From an uncultured Gammaproteobacteria bacterium (GTDB lineage: Bacteria; Patescibacteriota; Microgenomatia; Levybacterales; UBA12049): DNA of 64,000 nt. The stretch lies in NCBI GenBank assembly GCA_964521295.1, contig CAZFRF010000001.1, positions 641,016-705,015 of the forward strand, in the 5' to 3' direction. The position numbers were made by a program, and so were the translations under genes. The notes beneath the pieces are model-generated. The model was given only the letters and a program-made list of their open reading frames with translations, ran no database searches and was not told the DNA's origin. Below are positions 21,466 through 30,827 of this stretch, one piece after another (positions within the stretch are counted from its first letter, which is position 1; every line of letters starts with the position of its first letter).

Positions 21466-22609
21466 AAGATTTAGCTGGAATAGTACAATTCCCTCTATTA
21501 ATCTCGCAGTTTAAATAAGTCTTTATTTCTGAAAAGTTTCCATTTCCCACTCTAGGCACTAATACAGAAAGAAAGTCATATTCACTTGAAATTGGAGCCT
21601 CTTCTAGTAATCCAGGCCTATTATTTATATAATCTCCAATATCAACTGTAGCATTATTAATCTTTGCCCCTCTCATTTTCTGAGCTAATCTAATAAAGTC
21701 ATCAAACTCTTCGGAAGTAATATCTGTATCAATACTATCCTTAATAACTGTATAAAGATTAATTATTCTACCCGGATTTATTAATGTCTCTGCAGAGAAA
21801 ACTTTATCTCTAAAAGCTGTAATTATCTTTTGCTGCCTTTTACTTCTTGCGAAATCACCACTCTCAACTCCCAATGCATGCCTAGATCTAACATATTCCA
21901 AAGCAGTTTCGCCATCCATATGATTTGGTCCCTTGTTAAAATGTAAGTGCTTGTATCTACACGCAAACTTTTCCTGTAATTCGACCTCAGCAGAAGTGGT
22001 AGCTACGAAAGCAGTAATTTCCTCATCTGTGAATCCACACTTATCATCTTCCTTTCCAGAAATTGGATACTCATAATCATCAAAGGTGTTATCGATGTTT
22101 ATTTCTAGGCCTCCGATAATATCAACTGCCTCAACGAAGCCCGAGAAATCAATTCTAACCGCATAATCTATTGTTTGACCCGTTACCTTCCCCACAACTG
22201 CCTTTGCCAAGCTTAACCCTCCACCTTTACGCTTTTGCTCGCCTTCATTATAGGCTTCATTTATTTTTTTAACAGACGTTGCAAGATCTGGAACCCATAA
22301 ATCCCTAGGAATAGATGCCAGAGTAACTCTATTTTTTGCCTCATCTAAATTAGCTAATATTATTGTGTCTGTTAGATTAGGACCATCGTGTCTTCCTCCA
22401 CCAATGCCTAATAATAAAATATTTATTTTTGTTGGGGTTGACTGTTTGAGCTTTACTTCCTTATCAAACATCAAATGAAATATAAATGGATAAAAAGATG
22501 CTGTTTTCCAAACAAAAATACCCAGTATCACAACCACAAAAACACCAGCAATAATAATTCGCCTTCTTTTTTTAAGCATTTTGGATAATCTTAACAAACT
22601 CTTGTGCAT
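21458..22609 (-). CDS. LytR-CpsA-Psr (LCP) family glycopolymer-peptidoglycan ligase
   Basis: N-terminal TM plus LCP core motifs (LLLGIGGGR...LTDTIILANLD...TLASIPRDLWV). The start may be at the second Met (MLKK). Confidence 0.8.
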   Translation of the reverse strand: MHKSLLRLSKMLKKRRRIIIAGVFVVVILGIFVWKTASFYPFIFHLMFDKEVKLKQSTPTKINILLLGIGGGRHDGPNLTDTIILANLDEAKNRVTLASIPRDLWVPDLATSVKKINEAYNEGEQKRKGGGLSLAKAVVGKVTGQTIDYAVRIDFSGFVEAVDIIGGLEINIDNTFDDYEYPISGKEDDKCGFTDEEITAFVATTSAEVELQEKFACRYKHLHFNKGPNHMDGETALEYVRSRHALGVESGDFARSKRQQKIITAFRDKVFSAETLINPGRIINLYTVIKDSIDTDITSEEFDDFIRLAQKMRGAKINNATVDIGDYINNRPGLLEEAPISSEYDFLSVLVPRVGNGNFSEIKTYLNCEINRGNCTIPAKSSN

Positions 22610-23231
22610 CTAAACTCGCGCTGCCGACTAAAACTCCAGATATATCATCTTTTCCTGTAAATGCCTTAATATTTTCTGCTTTCACACTGCCACCATATAA
22701 CACCGTATAATTTCCTTTTTGCTTAATCTTTAATGCAACCTCTTCTGCCTTGTCTGGAGATTCTGGATTACCGCTACCAATAGCACTAATTGGCTCATAT
22801 GCAACTAACTCAACGCCCTCCGGTATTAAATCATTTGGATTTTGAATAATAAATATCGGAACTAAGTTATACTTATTAGCCATTTGAACTTTTTTTGCCA
22901 ATACTTCATTGCTCTCATTAAAATTAATTCGTCTTTCTGAATGTCCAATAAGAACAAAATTAGCAAACTCTTTTATTTGTCTCGCGTTAACTTCACCTGT
23001 GTAAGGTCCTTCATCAAATTCAGAGATATTTTCAGCAGCCAAAGATATTTTTAATTTTTCCTCAATAATTGATCTCTTAAAAAAATCCAAAAGAGTAAAA
23101 GGAACTGAAACAATTATTTCATGTCTAAAAAAGAATGATTTATCTAGTTTTTTTAGCTCTTCCAGCCATATTTTAGCTTCAGATTCGGTCTTGTGGGATT
23201 TAAGATTTGCAACCAAAATTACTCTATCCAT
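22572..23231 (-). CDS. tpiA: Triosephosphate isomerase (short form)
   Basis: TIM signatures NLKSHKT, IGHSERR and AYEPISAIGSG, with a YGGSV phosphate loop. 219 aa. Confidence 0.85.
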   Translation of the reverse strand: MDRVILVANLKSHKTESEAKIWLEELKKLDKSFFFRHEIIVSVPFTLLDFFKRSIIEEKLKISLAAENISEFDEGPYTGEVNARQIKEFANFVLIGHSERRINFNESNEVLAKKVQMANKYNLVPIFIIQNPNDLIPEGVELVAYEPISAIGSGNPESPDKAEEVALKIKQKGNYTVLYGGSVKAENIKAFTGKDDISGVLVGSASLDAQEFVKIIQNA

Positions 23232-23249
23232 GTGGTATCATTATACGGT

Positions 23250-25091
23250 ATGAACAAAGATTTTCTCAAGGACTTGAACAAAGAACAAGTTAATGCAGTA
23301 ATCCAAAAAGATGGCCCCATGATCATTTTAGCGGGTGCAGGCAGTGGTAAAACAAGAGTCCTAACCTACAGAGTTATTAACTTAATCAAAGAAGGAATAG
23401 ATCCTTTAAATATTCTAATGGTTACTTTTACAAATAAAGCTGCAAAAGAAATGAAGGAAAGAATGGAAAATTTCTTTACAAAACAAGAGGAAAAGTTATT
23501 TGATCTACCTACGATCTCAACATTTCATGCTCTTTGTGCAAAACTTTTAAGAATTGAGGGAATCAATATTGGAATTCCTAAAAATTTTGTTATTTATGAT
23601 ACCCAAGATCAAAAAGATGCAATTAAAGAAGCCTTTGATTTACTTGGACTCTCTGTTAAAGAATATAAACCATCTTCTGTTTTAAATACAATATCTCAAG
23701 CTAAAAATGAGTTAATAAACGAATCTCAGTATCCTGAATACGCACGAGGGCATTTCCAGGAAGTAGTATCTAGGGTTTATTTAATTTACCAAAAAATACT
23801 TAAGGAAAACGGTGCGTTAGATTTTGATGATTTAATATTAAAAACCGTTGAACTTTTTAAGCAAAATCCAAATATCCTAGAAAAATATCAAGATAAATTT
23901 AAATATATTATGGTTGATGAATACCAGGATACAAATCACGCTCAATATTTACTTACAAAAATGTTAGCGGCAAAGTTTAGCAATATATGTGTAGTCGGTG
24001 ATTTTTCGCAAAGCATTTATAGCTTTAGAGGCGCAGACTATTTAAATCTTGCAAAATTTAAAGATGATTTTAAAAACACTAAAACATTTTCTTTATCACA
24101 AAATTACAGATCCACGCAAAAAATTTTAGATGCGGCTTCTGCGGTAATTTCTAAAAATACAAGTCATCCCGTTCTTCAATTATGGACAGAAAATAAAACA
24201 GGTGAAGACTTGTTTATATTTGAAGCAATTAATGAACAAAAAGAGGCAGAATTTATTATCAATAATATTATTAAATTAAAAGAGGATTTTCCCTCGCTTA
24301 AATACAATGATTTTTGCGTACTATACAGGACTAATGCTCAATCCAGGAATATAGAAGAAGTTTTTTTACACAATTCTCTTCCATATACATTAATTGGTGG
24401 CACCAGGTTCTATGACAGAAAAGAAATAAAAGATGTCCTTGCTTACTTAAAAGTAATTGCAAATCCAAAAGATAAAATTGCCTTAAAAAGATTAGAAAAA
24501 ATTGGCAAAACAAGATTTAATAAATTTATGGAATTTACATTAACACTTGAAGATAAAAATACTGAAGATATCGCAACAATTGAATTAATGGATAATATCC
24601 TTAAGGCAACAGAATATTTAAGCTTATTTGATGATAAAGACGAGGAAGACATAGCTAGACTTGAAAACATTAAAGAATTAAGGTCAGTGGCTCTATCCTT
24701 TCCCAACTTAGAACAATTCTTAGAAAACGTTGCACTTGTTGAGCAAGAATATATGCCAGACCATGTTGAAGAACAAGAAGGTAAAAAAGATGCAGTAAAT
24801 CTAATGACCTTGCACGCAGCAAAAGGACTCGAATTTAAAATCGTATTTATGGTGGGAATGGAGGAAGGTTTATTTCCACATTCCAGAAGTCTTATGGAAA
24901 AAAGTGAACTTGAAGAAGAAAGAAGACTCTGCTATGTTGGAATGACTAGGGCAAAAGAAAAACTCTTTATAAGCTATGCTCGAAAAAGATTATTTTTCGG
25001 ACAAAGAACAATGAATATTGTATCAAGGTTTGTATTAGAATTACCTGAAGGAACATTACAAAAAAATTTACATTCAGCATTTAACGATTAA
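23250..25091 (+). CDS. ATP-dependent DNA helicase, UvrD/PcrA/Rep family
   Basis: Walker A AGAGSGKTRVL, motif II VDEYQDTN, and the remaining SF1 motifs. Start is trimmed to MNKDF at 23250 relative to the longest ORF. Confidence 0.9.
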   Translation: MNKDFLKDLNKEQVNAVIQKDGPMIILAGAGSGKTRVLTYRVINLIKEGIDPLNILMVTFTNKAAKEMKERMENFFTKQEEKLFDLPTISTFHALCAKLLRIEGINIGIPKNFVIYDTQDQKDAIKEAFDLLGLSVKEYKPSSVLNTISQAKNELINESQYPEYARGHFQEVVSRVYLIYQKILKENGALDFDDLILKTVELFKQNPNILEKYQDKFKYIMVDEYQDTNHAQYLLTKMLAAKFSNICVVGDFSQSIYSFRGADYLNLAKFKDDFKNTKTFSLSQNYRSTQKILDAASAVISKNTSHPVLQLWTENKTGEDLFIFEAINEQKEAEFIINNIIKLKEDFPSLKYNDFCVLYRTNAQSRNIEEVFLHNSLPYTLIGGTRFYDRKEIKDVLAYLKVIANPKDKIALKRLEKIGKTRFNKFMEFTLTLEDKNTEDIATIELMDNILKATEYLSLFDDKDEEDIARLENIKELRSVALSFPNLEQFLENVALVEQEYMPDHVEEQEGKKDAVNLMTLHAAKGLEFKIVFMVGMEEGLFPHSRSLMEKSELEEERRLCYVGMTRAKEKLFISYARKRLFFGQRTMNIVSRFVLELPEGTLQKNLHSAFND

Positions 25092-25099
25092 AATTAAAT

Positions 25100-26038
25100 A
25101 TGACCAATATACATCCTCTTCAGTCGAAAAAATGGGGTGAATTTAGAAAAAAAACAGGAATTAAAGTTGTAACGGGTAAAAACTTTTTATTAACGATTCA
25201 CCCAGTTCCAAAAACAAATTTTACCATTGGCTACTTACCTAAAGGAAATAATATCGATCAAGAATTATTAAACGAATTAGAAATTATAGGGAAAAATGAA
25301 AATTGTATTTTTATCCAAATTGAACCAAATATTGAAAAGGGTGAAATAGAATATAATTTTAATAAATTAGTGCCCGCAGCGCATCCTTTATTTACAAAAT
25401 ACAACTTTATTTTAGATATTAGTAAATCTGAAGAAGAAATTTTAAAAAATATGAGTCAAAAAACCCGCTATAACATTAGACTTGCAGAGAAAAAAGGAGT
25501 TACTATTTATAAAGATAATTCTGAAAATGCCTTTAAAGATTATCTGCGTTTAACTAACGAGACAACTAAAAGACAAAACTTTTATTCACACACACAAGAA
25601 TATCATCAACTAATGTGGGATACTTTAAAAACATCAGAAACAATAAATAAAGATGAATTATCTGCTCATCTTTTTACTGCAAGATACAATAATGAAACAT
25701 TGGCCGCTTGGATACTTTTTGTACTTGGCGATACGCTTTATTATCCTTACGGATCATCAAGTAGCAAGCACAGAGAAGTAATGGCATCCAATCTCTTAAT
25801 GTGGGAAGCGATTAAATTCGGAAAAAGTTTGGGATTAAAAAACTTTGACATGTGGGGAGCATTAGGAACAAATCCAAACCCTAAGGATCCATGGTTTGGA
25901 TTTCATAGATTCAAACAGGGATATAATCCAAGAGCAGTCGAATATGTAGGAAGCTTTGATTTGGTAATTAATAACAAGATGTATTTTATTTATAAAATTG
26001 CTGACAAAATAAGATGGGCACTACTAAAATTTAAATAA
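25100..26038 (+). CDS. FemAB-family peptidyltransferase (peptidoglycan cross-bridge / aminoacyl-tRNA-dependent)
   Basis: FemABX-like pattern (LQSxxWGEF...YNIRLAEKKGV...YYPYGSS...LLMWEAIKFG...DMWGA). Confidence 0.65.
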   Translation: MTNIHPLQSKKWGEFRKKTGIKVVTGKNFLLTIHPVPKTNFTIGYLPKGNNIDQELLNELEIIGKNENCIFIQIEPNIEKGEIEYNFNKLVPAAHPLFTKYNFILDISKSEEEILKNMSQKTRYNIRLAEKKGVTIYKDNSENAFKDYLRLTNETTKRQNFYSHTQEYHQLMWDTLKTSETINKDELSAHLFTARYNNETLAAWILFVLGDTLYYPYGSSSSKHREVMASNLLMWEAIKFGKSLGLKNFDMWGALGTNPNPKDPWFGFHRFKQGYNPRAVEYVGSFDLVINNKMYFIYKIADKIRWALLKFK

Positions 26039-26540
26039 TATATAACCTCAAATTATTTTCTTTATCAATCTTTGTAGGCTTTAAGTTCATATCATATCGA
26101 TAACTTACTATTCTTGTACCTTTTTTTAATTGTTTTTTAAACTTAGGCAATAATTTATTTAATGTTTTTGGAACCAAATAAACAATAACTACGGATGCTC
26201 TAGATAAATTTTCATCAAATAAATTACTTCTTTTGATAAAGATGTTTTTGTTTAATTTATTGAAGATTACTCTTAATCGTGCGATATATACCCTCGTTGG
26301 ATCAATTTCTACCCCAAGGCCATGAGCACCAACCCTGCCTGCCTCAATTAACACCTCTCCATCACCACATCCCAAGTCAATTACAAAATCTTTGTTACTA
26401 ATTTTTGCAAGCTTACATATTGCCTTTGCAGTTTTCTTATTTGTTCTCCACCAAGGAGCCCAAGGACTATCTGGTGGCCAGATCATCGACAAAAAGATTA
26501 ACAACAAAACTATTATTAATAAGATTGCGAAATTAATCAT
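26031..26540 (-). CDS. Membrane-anchored class I SAM-dependent methyltransferase
   Basis: N-terminal TM helix, then methyltransferase motif I VIDLGCGDGEVL and post-I acidic residue. Start codon overlaps the SodX-like stop. Confidence 0.55.
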   Translation of the reverse strand: MINFAILLIIVLLLIFLSMIWPPDSPWAPWWRTNKKTAKAICKLAKISNKDFVIDLGCGDGEVLIEAGRVGAHGLGVEIDPTRVYIARLRVIFNKLNKNIFIKRSNLFDENLSRASVVIVYLVPKTLNKLLPKFKKQLKKGTRIVSYRYDMNLKPTKIDKENNLRLYII

Positions 26541-26827
26541 TAATATTTATAAATTACTTTACCACAAATATCCTTAAAAGATATTTCTCCAAATTTTCTA
26601 CTATCCAAGCTGTCAGATTTATTTTCTCCTATTACAGTATATCCGCTTGTTGTTATTTTAGTAATTTTTTTAATAAAATGTTGTCCGTATTTCCTAAAAA
26701 CCACGATATCGTTATTTTTTAATCTTTTTAAAACAAAAGGAAGATTTACTGCAACAACATGATCTCCATTCTTTAATTTAGGTTCCATGCTGTGACCTAC
26801 TACTTCATATCTTGAGAGGAAAAACAT
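26540..26827 (-). CDS. S26-family (signal-peptidase-I-like) small peptidase, probable Ni-SOD maturation protease (SodX-like)
   Basis: GHSMEP (Ser nucleophile box) and NKSDSLDSRKFG (box E GDNxxxSxDSRxxG-like). Sits immediately downstream of sodN in the same orientation. Confidence 0.6.
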   Translation of the reverse strand: MFFLSRYEVVGHSMEPKLKNGDHVVAVNLPFVLKRLKNNDIVVFRKYGQHFIKKITKITTSGYTVIGENKSDSLDSRKFGEISFKDICGKVIYKY

Positions 26828-27307
26828 TTATTTGTAAGACACAATTTCCAATTCGGTTGGGAAAATTGATTTCATCCTAAATGGGGTAACATTTTTTGTC
26901 TGATAAAATATCTCTGCAATTTGCAAGACGTTTTCCAAAGCCTCCTTTGCCGATTCCATCTCTATGCCTTGTCGCGCTTTTGCAGTCGCCTTGAATGCAT
27001 TAGCAAATAATGTTTTCAAATTTGAATATTTACTAAAATGCTCTTCTTTAAAATAATCATTCATTAATGTCATCAACTCCTCTTCCAATCTATTTGCATG
27101 CTCCTCTTTAACATGCGTTACTCTTGCAATATCATGCTCTGCTTTTACTTCATTATCCCTGTTAATATCGAGCAGAAAAGATGTCATCCTAATTATGGTA
27201 TGTGCGGCTAATTGAGCTGGGTTAGGGTCATATAGGCCGCATGGAATATCGCAATGCGCAAAGGCGACTTTTTCTGGAAAAAATTTACTGAGTAAACTGT
27301 TTAACAT
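26828..27307 (-). CDS. sodN: Nickel superoxide dismutase precursor
   Basis: Short propeptide, then the Ni-hook motif HCDIPCGLYDP (HCxxPCGxY) and a four-helix-bundle-length body of 159 aa. Confidence 0.85.
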   Translation of the reverse strand: MLNSLLSKFFPEKVAFAHCDIPCGLYDPNPAQLAAHTIIRMTSFLLDINRDNEVKAEHDIARVTHVKEEHANRLEEELMTLMNDYFKEEHFSKYSNLKTLFANAFKATAKARQGIEMESAKEALENVLQIAEIFYQTKNVTPFRMKSIFPTELEIVSYK

Positions 27308-27313
27308 TAATCA

Positions 27314-27342
27314 ATAATAATACCTATGCGAATGTTTGTCAA
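27314..27342 (-). promoter_or_regulatory. sodN promoter TTGACA-17-TATTAT ending 6 nt before the start codon (leaderless-type)
   Basis: Minus strand. -35 is at plus 27337-27342, -10 at 27314-27319, ATG at 27307. Confidence 0.5.
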
Positions 27343-27344
27343 AA

Positions 27345-27959
27345 TTAATATCCAATTGGCTCTTTAATAATTACTACAGTTGTCCTATTTGGAATTGGCT
27401 CGATATTAAAAATTAATATCTTAGCAACTTCGCTACCATTAGATCCATATGCCTTTCTAGCTCTTTCTGATTCCAAAGGTAAATCATATTCATAAATTCT
27501 TTTAAAACCTTCATCTAAATCATTTACTAATTTTTGACTCCCCACAAACCAAATAACATGATCTGCACCATATGCATAACCCGGGATTTGACTACCTGAT
27601 CTTGATGCAATCATTATTTTGCCCTCTTTTGTAATTGCATGTACGCTGCCTATACTATACTCTGAAACTGAGCCAATTTCTTTCATCTTTTTCTTCTGGG
27701 TTGAGTTGTTCATACTCATTAACTTATTCTTAACACTATCATATTTACCTGATTCTAAGACTTCCCATGCTATTCCTGATTCCTCAAGAGTAACTGAAGT
27801 ATTAGTCATGACCTCAGATCCTTCTGGAACAAGATCTAGAAATTTTTGTCTTGCTTGATCTTTAGTATCAACAACAACTGCTGTAATATTATTTTTCTGT
27901 AGAGAGCTAACAACCTCATTGATTAATTTTTCATTTGCTTTTTTATTCCATTTATTCAT
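27345..27959 (-). CDS. LUD-domain (DUF162, LutC-like) protein
   Basis: About 200 aa with LUD-like sequence blocks. Modest recognition only. Confidence 0.4.
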   Translation of the reverse strand: MNKWNKKANEKLINEVVSSLQKNNITAVVVDTKDQARQKFLDLVPEGSEVMTNTSVTLEESGIAWEVLESGKYDSVKNKLMSMNNSTQKKKMKEIGSVSEYSIGSVHAITKEGKIMIASRSGSQIPGYAYGADHVIWFVGSQKLVNDLDEGFKRIYEYDLPLESERARKAYGSNGSEVAKILIFNIEPIPNRTTVVIIKEPIGY

Positions 27960-27987
27960 ATTGACATTCTAATTTTTAAAATATACA

Positions 27988-28314
27988 ATGTCAAGTAGTT
28001 ACAAAAAGTATAGTATGGAAACAGACTTATTAGAAATATCAAAAGCAGCTAAAATTATTGGCAGTAAATGGACACTTATGATTTTAAACTCTCTTTTAAA
28101 GGGCACCAAAAGATTTGGAGAGCTACAAAAAGAAATAGGCCAAATTAACCCAAGAACCTTATCGAAAAGATTACACGATCTAGAACAAGACGGATATATT
28201 AATAAGAAAATATATGCTCAGGTTCCACCAAAAGTTGAATACTCCCTAACTCCCAAGGCTAAAATTTTCAAACAAGTAATTAGCGCGGTAAAAGATTGCG
28301 GAGAAAAAATGTAA
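27988..28314 (+). CDS. HxlR-type winged-helix transcriptional regulator
   Basis: 108 aa. HxlR signature KWTLMILNSLLKGTKRFGELQKEI...RTLSKRLHDLEQDGYI...VEYSLT. Confidence 0.75.
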   Translation: MSSSYKKYSMETDLLEISKAAKIIGSKWTLMILNSLLKGTKRFGELQKEIGQINPRTLSKRLHDLEQDGYINKKIYAQVPPKVEYSLTPKAKIFKQVISAVKDCGEKM

Positions 28315-28363
28315 TACCCGTACCACATTGAAACTAACCTGAGTAATCATGTAACATAAATAT

Positions 28364-29350
28364 ATGCTTGATCTTTTATGCATTGGCGATTCAGTAGTAG
28401 ATATTTTCCTTGAAATACCACCCGAGAACAGACATTTTGGTCTAAACAGGGAAACGAAGAAATTATTCATCGACTTAGGATATAAAATAAATTTAAAGGG
28501 CTACACTAAAGATGTTGGCGGAAATGCTACGAATACCGCAATAGGAGTATCAAGATTAGGAAAAAGAGTCGGATTATGCACAGAAATAGGTGATGATGAA
28601 TTTTCGCATTTTATTCTCAATAAATTAGAGGCAGAAAAAATTAATACTAATTTAATGATTAAAGATAAAAATACAAAAACATCATTTTCAGTAAGCTTAA
28701 ACTACTTAGGAGAAAGAACATTATTAGTTGAACACGTTGAAAGACAACATGATTTTAAAATAGATAATTCCTCAGCAAGATTTATTTACCTAACTAGTCT
28801 TGGAAATGAATGGAAAAAAGCCTATGAAAACGTACGTATATTCCTTAATAAAACCAATTCAAAACTTGCTTATAATCCTGGGACACTTCAACTTGAAGAA
28901 AAAGGTAAAATATTTTTTGAATTAATTCAAAGTAGCGATTATTTTTTTGTAAATAAACAGGAAGCAGAAAAAATATTGTATGGTAATGATAAAAAAGACG
29001 CTGATATTAAAAAATTATTATTTGGAATTAAAAATTTAGGAGCTAAAAATATAATTATTACTGACTCAAGTCGCGGGTCTTACCTAATTGACACGGAAAA
29101 TAATATATATCACCTTGGGATAGTTAAAACAGATGTTATTGAAAAAACAGGTGCCGGAGATGCTTATACCTCAGGATTTATCGCTGCCATATTAAATGGA
29201 GAAATAATTCTAGATGCAATGAGATGGGGAGCGATTAATTCAAGCTCTGTAATATCTAAGATAGGAGCCCAAGAAGGACTTTTAAATTTAAGAGTATTAA
29301 AAGATAGGTTAAATTATCTAAATAGCTTTAAACCCAAAATATTTACTTAA
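28364..29350 (+). CDS. PfkB/ribokinase-family carbohydrate kinase
   Basis: N-terminal LCIGDSVVD, a GGNATN box and the C-terminal GAGDAYTSGF anion-hole motif. Confidence 0.8.
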   Translation: MLDLLCIGDSVVDIFLEIPPENRHFGLNRETKKLFIDLGYKINLKGYTKDVGGNATNTAIGVSRLGKRVGLCTEIGDDEFSHFILNKLEAEKINTNLMIKDKNTKTSFSVSLNYLGERTLLVEHVERQHDFKIDNSSARFIYLTSLGNEWKKAYENVRIFLNKTNSKLAYNPGTLQLEEKGKIFFELIQSSDYFFVNKQEAEKILYGNDKKDADIKKLLFGIKNLGAKNIIITDSSRGSYLIDTENNIYHLGIVKTDVIEKTGAGDAYTSGFIAAILNGEIILDAMRWGAINSSSVISKIGAQEGLLNLRVLKDRLNYLNSFKPKIFT

Positions 29351-29870
29351 TTCCCATTAATTCAACCTCGAAGATCAAAACTGAATTGGCTGGAATTGAA
29401 CCTACTGCTTGATTCCCATAACCCAATTCAGCGGGAATCGTAAGCCTTCTCTTTCCCCCTACCTTCATTCCAATTACTCCCTCGTCCCAACCCTTAATAA
29501 CAGCGCCAACGCCAATTTGCGTTTGAAAAGGCTGACCTCTATCGTAAGAGCTATCAAATTTTTGACCATTCTCTAAAGTGCCTAAATAATGAATAGCAAT
29601 TGTATCTCCTGATTTTACTTCAGCTCCCTCTCCAATTTTCTCGTCCTCAATTTTTAATCCATTCTCTAAAGTTTTAGAACTAATAATAGTTGGAATAGCG
29701 GTTGGGGTTGCTGGTTGATTCGTTGGAGCTTGAGTAATTGTACTAAATACATTTTCTGACTTTACTTCTTTTATATTTGGTGTTTGTTGATTCATAATAA
29801 AATAAATTCCTAATCCTCCCATAAACAGTATTGTTATTACTATTATTAAGGGTACAAAATTTTTAAACAT
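29343..29870 (-). CDS. Secreted FKBP-type peptidyl-prolyl cis-trans isomerase
   Basis: N-terminal TM/signal, P/T-rich linker, and an FKBP domain (IHYLGTLENGQKFDSSYDRGQPFQTQIGVGAVIKGWDEGVIGMKVGGKRRLTIPAELGYG). Confidence 0.8.
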   Translation of the reverse strand: MFKNFVPLIIVITILFMGGLGIYFIMNQQTPNIKEVKSENVFSTITQAPTNQPATPTAIPTIISSKTLENGLKIEDEKIGEGAEVKSGDTIAIHYLGTLENGQKFDSSYDRGQPFQTQIGVGAVIKGWDEGVIGMKVGGKRRLTIPAELGYGNQAVGSIPANSVLIFEVELMGIK

Positions 29871-29879
29871 ACATTTTTC

Positions 29880-30218
29880 TTATTTTAGAAAGTTGTTAAC
29901 GACAAAATTAACAATAGAAAGGAGTATACCAAATAATAATGCCCAAATAAAACCATCAATCTTAAATCCCGGAACAATACTTCCCATTAAAAGAATTAAT
30001 AAAGCATTCATTACTAAGCTAAATAACCCTAAGGTAATAATTGTAATTGGAAGAGTTAAAATAGTTAACACAGGCTTTACCAACGCATTTATCACCCCTA
30101 AAACCAAAGCAACCACTAAAGCGGCAGTAAAATCCTGAATATGCACTCCTGGTAAAACATATGCAACGCTAAATATAACCATTGCACTTACCAACCAGTT
30201 AATTAAAAGACCAATCAT
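29880..30218 (-). CDS. DUF360 / YvlD-like four-TM membrane protein (phage-holin-IV superfamily-like)
   Basis: 112 aa, 4 TM helices, with a GVHIQDF...LVKPVLTILTLP pattern typical of YvlD-family proteins. Confidence 0.4.
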   Translation of the reverse strand: MIGLLINWLVSAMVIFSVAYVLPGVHIQDFTAALVVALVLGVINALVKPVLTILTLPITIITLGLFSLVMNALLILLMGSIVPGFKIDGFIWALLFGILLSIVNFVVNNFLK

Positions 30219-30278
30219 TGGTATAGATTATAACTATTTGCTTAATTTTGCAATATTAAAATTCGATATAATATCTAT

Positions 30279-30824
30279 ATGGAAGTAGCAACGCTAGCTA
30301 ACGGCTGTTTTTGGTGCACAGAAGCAATATTTAAAAGATTAAAAGGAGTTTCATCTGTTAAGCCCGGATATTCTGGAGGAAATACAAATAACCCCACCTA
30401 CGAAGATGTATCATCTGGAACAACAAATCATGCTGAAAGCGTACAAATAGAATTTGATCCCCAGCTTATTTCTTATAAAACTCTTTTGGAAATATTTTGG
30501 CTAACACATGACCCGACAACCTTAAATAGACAAGGAAATGATGTTGGAACGCAATATAGATCTGTAATCTTCTATCACTCAGACGAACAACGTCAAACTG
30601 CGGAAAATTTAAAGCAAGAATTAACTGCAAAAAAGATTTATGAAAATCCAATTGTGACTCAAATAGTTAAATTTGAAAAATTTTATGAGGCAGAAAATTA
30701 TCATCAAGATTATTATGATAAAAATAGGGATTATCCATATTGCAGAATTATTATTGATCCAAAAATTAAGAAGCTAATTACTAAATATTCTTCTTCTGTA
30801 AAAAATGAATTTTTAGAAGATTAA
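30279..30824 (+). CDS. msrA: Peptide methionine sulfoxide reductase MsrA
   Basis: Active-site motif GCFWC near the N-terminus and overall MsrA length and blocks ([19 protein letters not shown]). Confidence 0.9.
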   Translation: MEVATLANGCFWCTEAIFKRLKGVSSVKPGYSGGNTNNPTYEDVSSGTTNHAESVQIEFDPQLISYKTLLEIFWLTHDPTTLNRQGNDVGTQYRSVIFYHSDEQRQTAENLKQELTAKKIYENPIVTQIVKFEKFYEAENYHQDYYDKNRDYPYCRIIIDPKIKKLITKYSSSVKNEFLED

Positions 30825-30827
30825 ATT

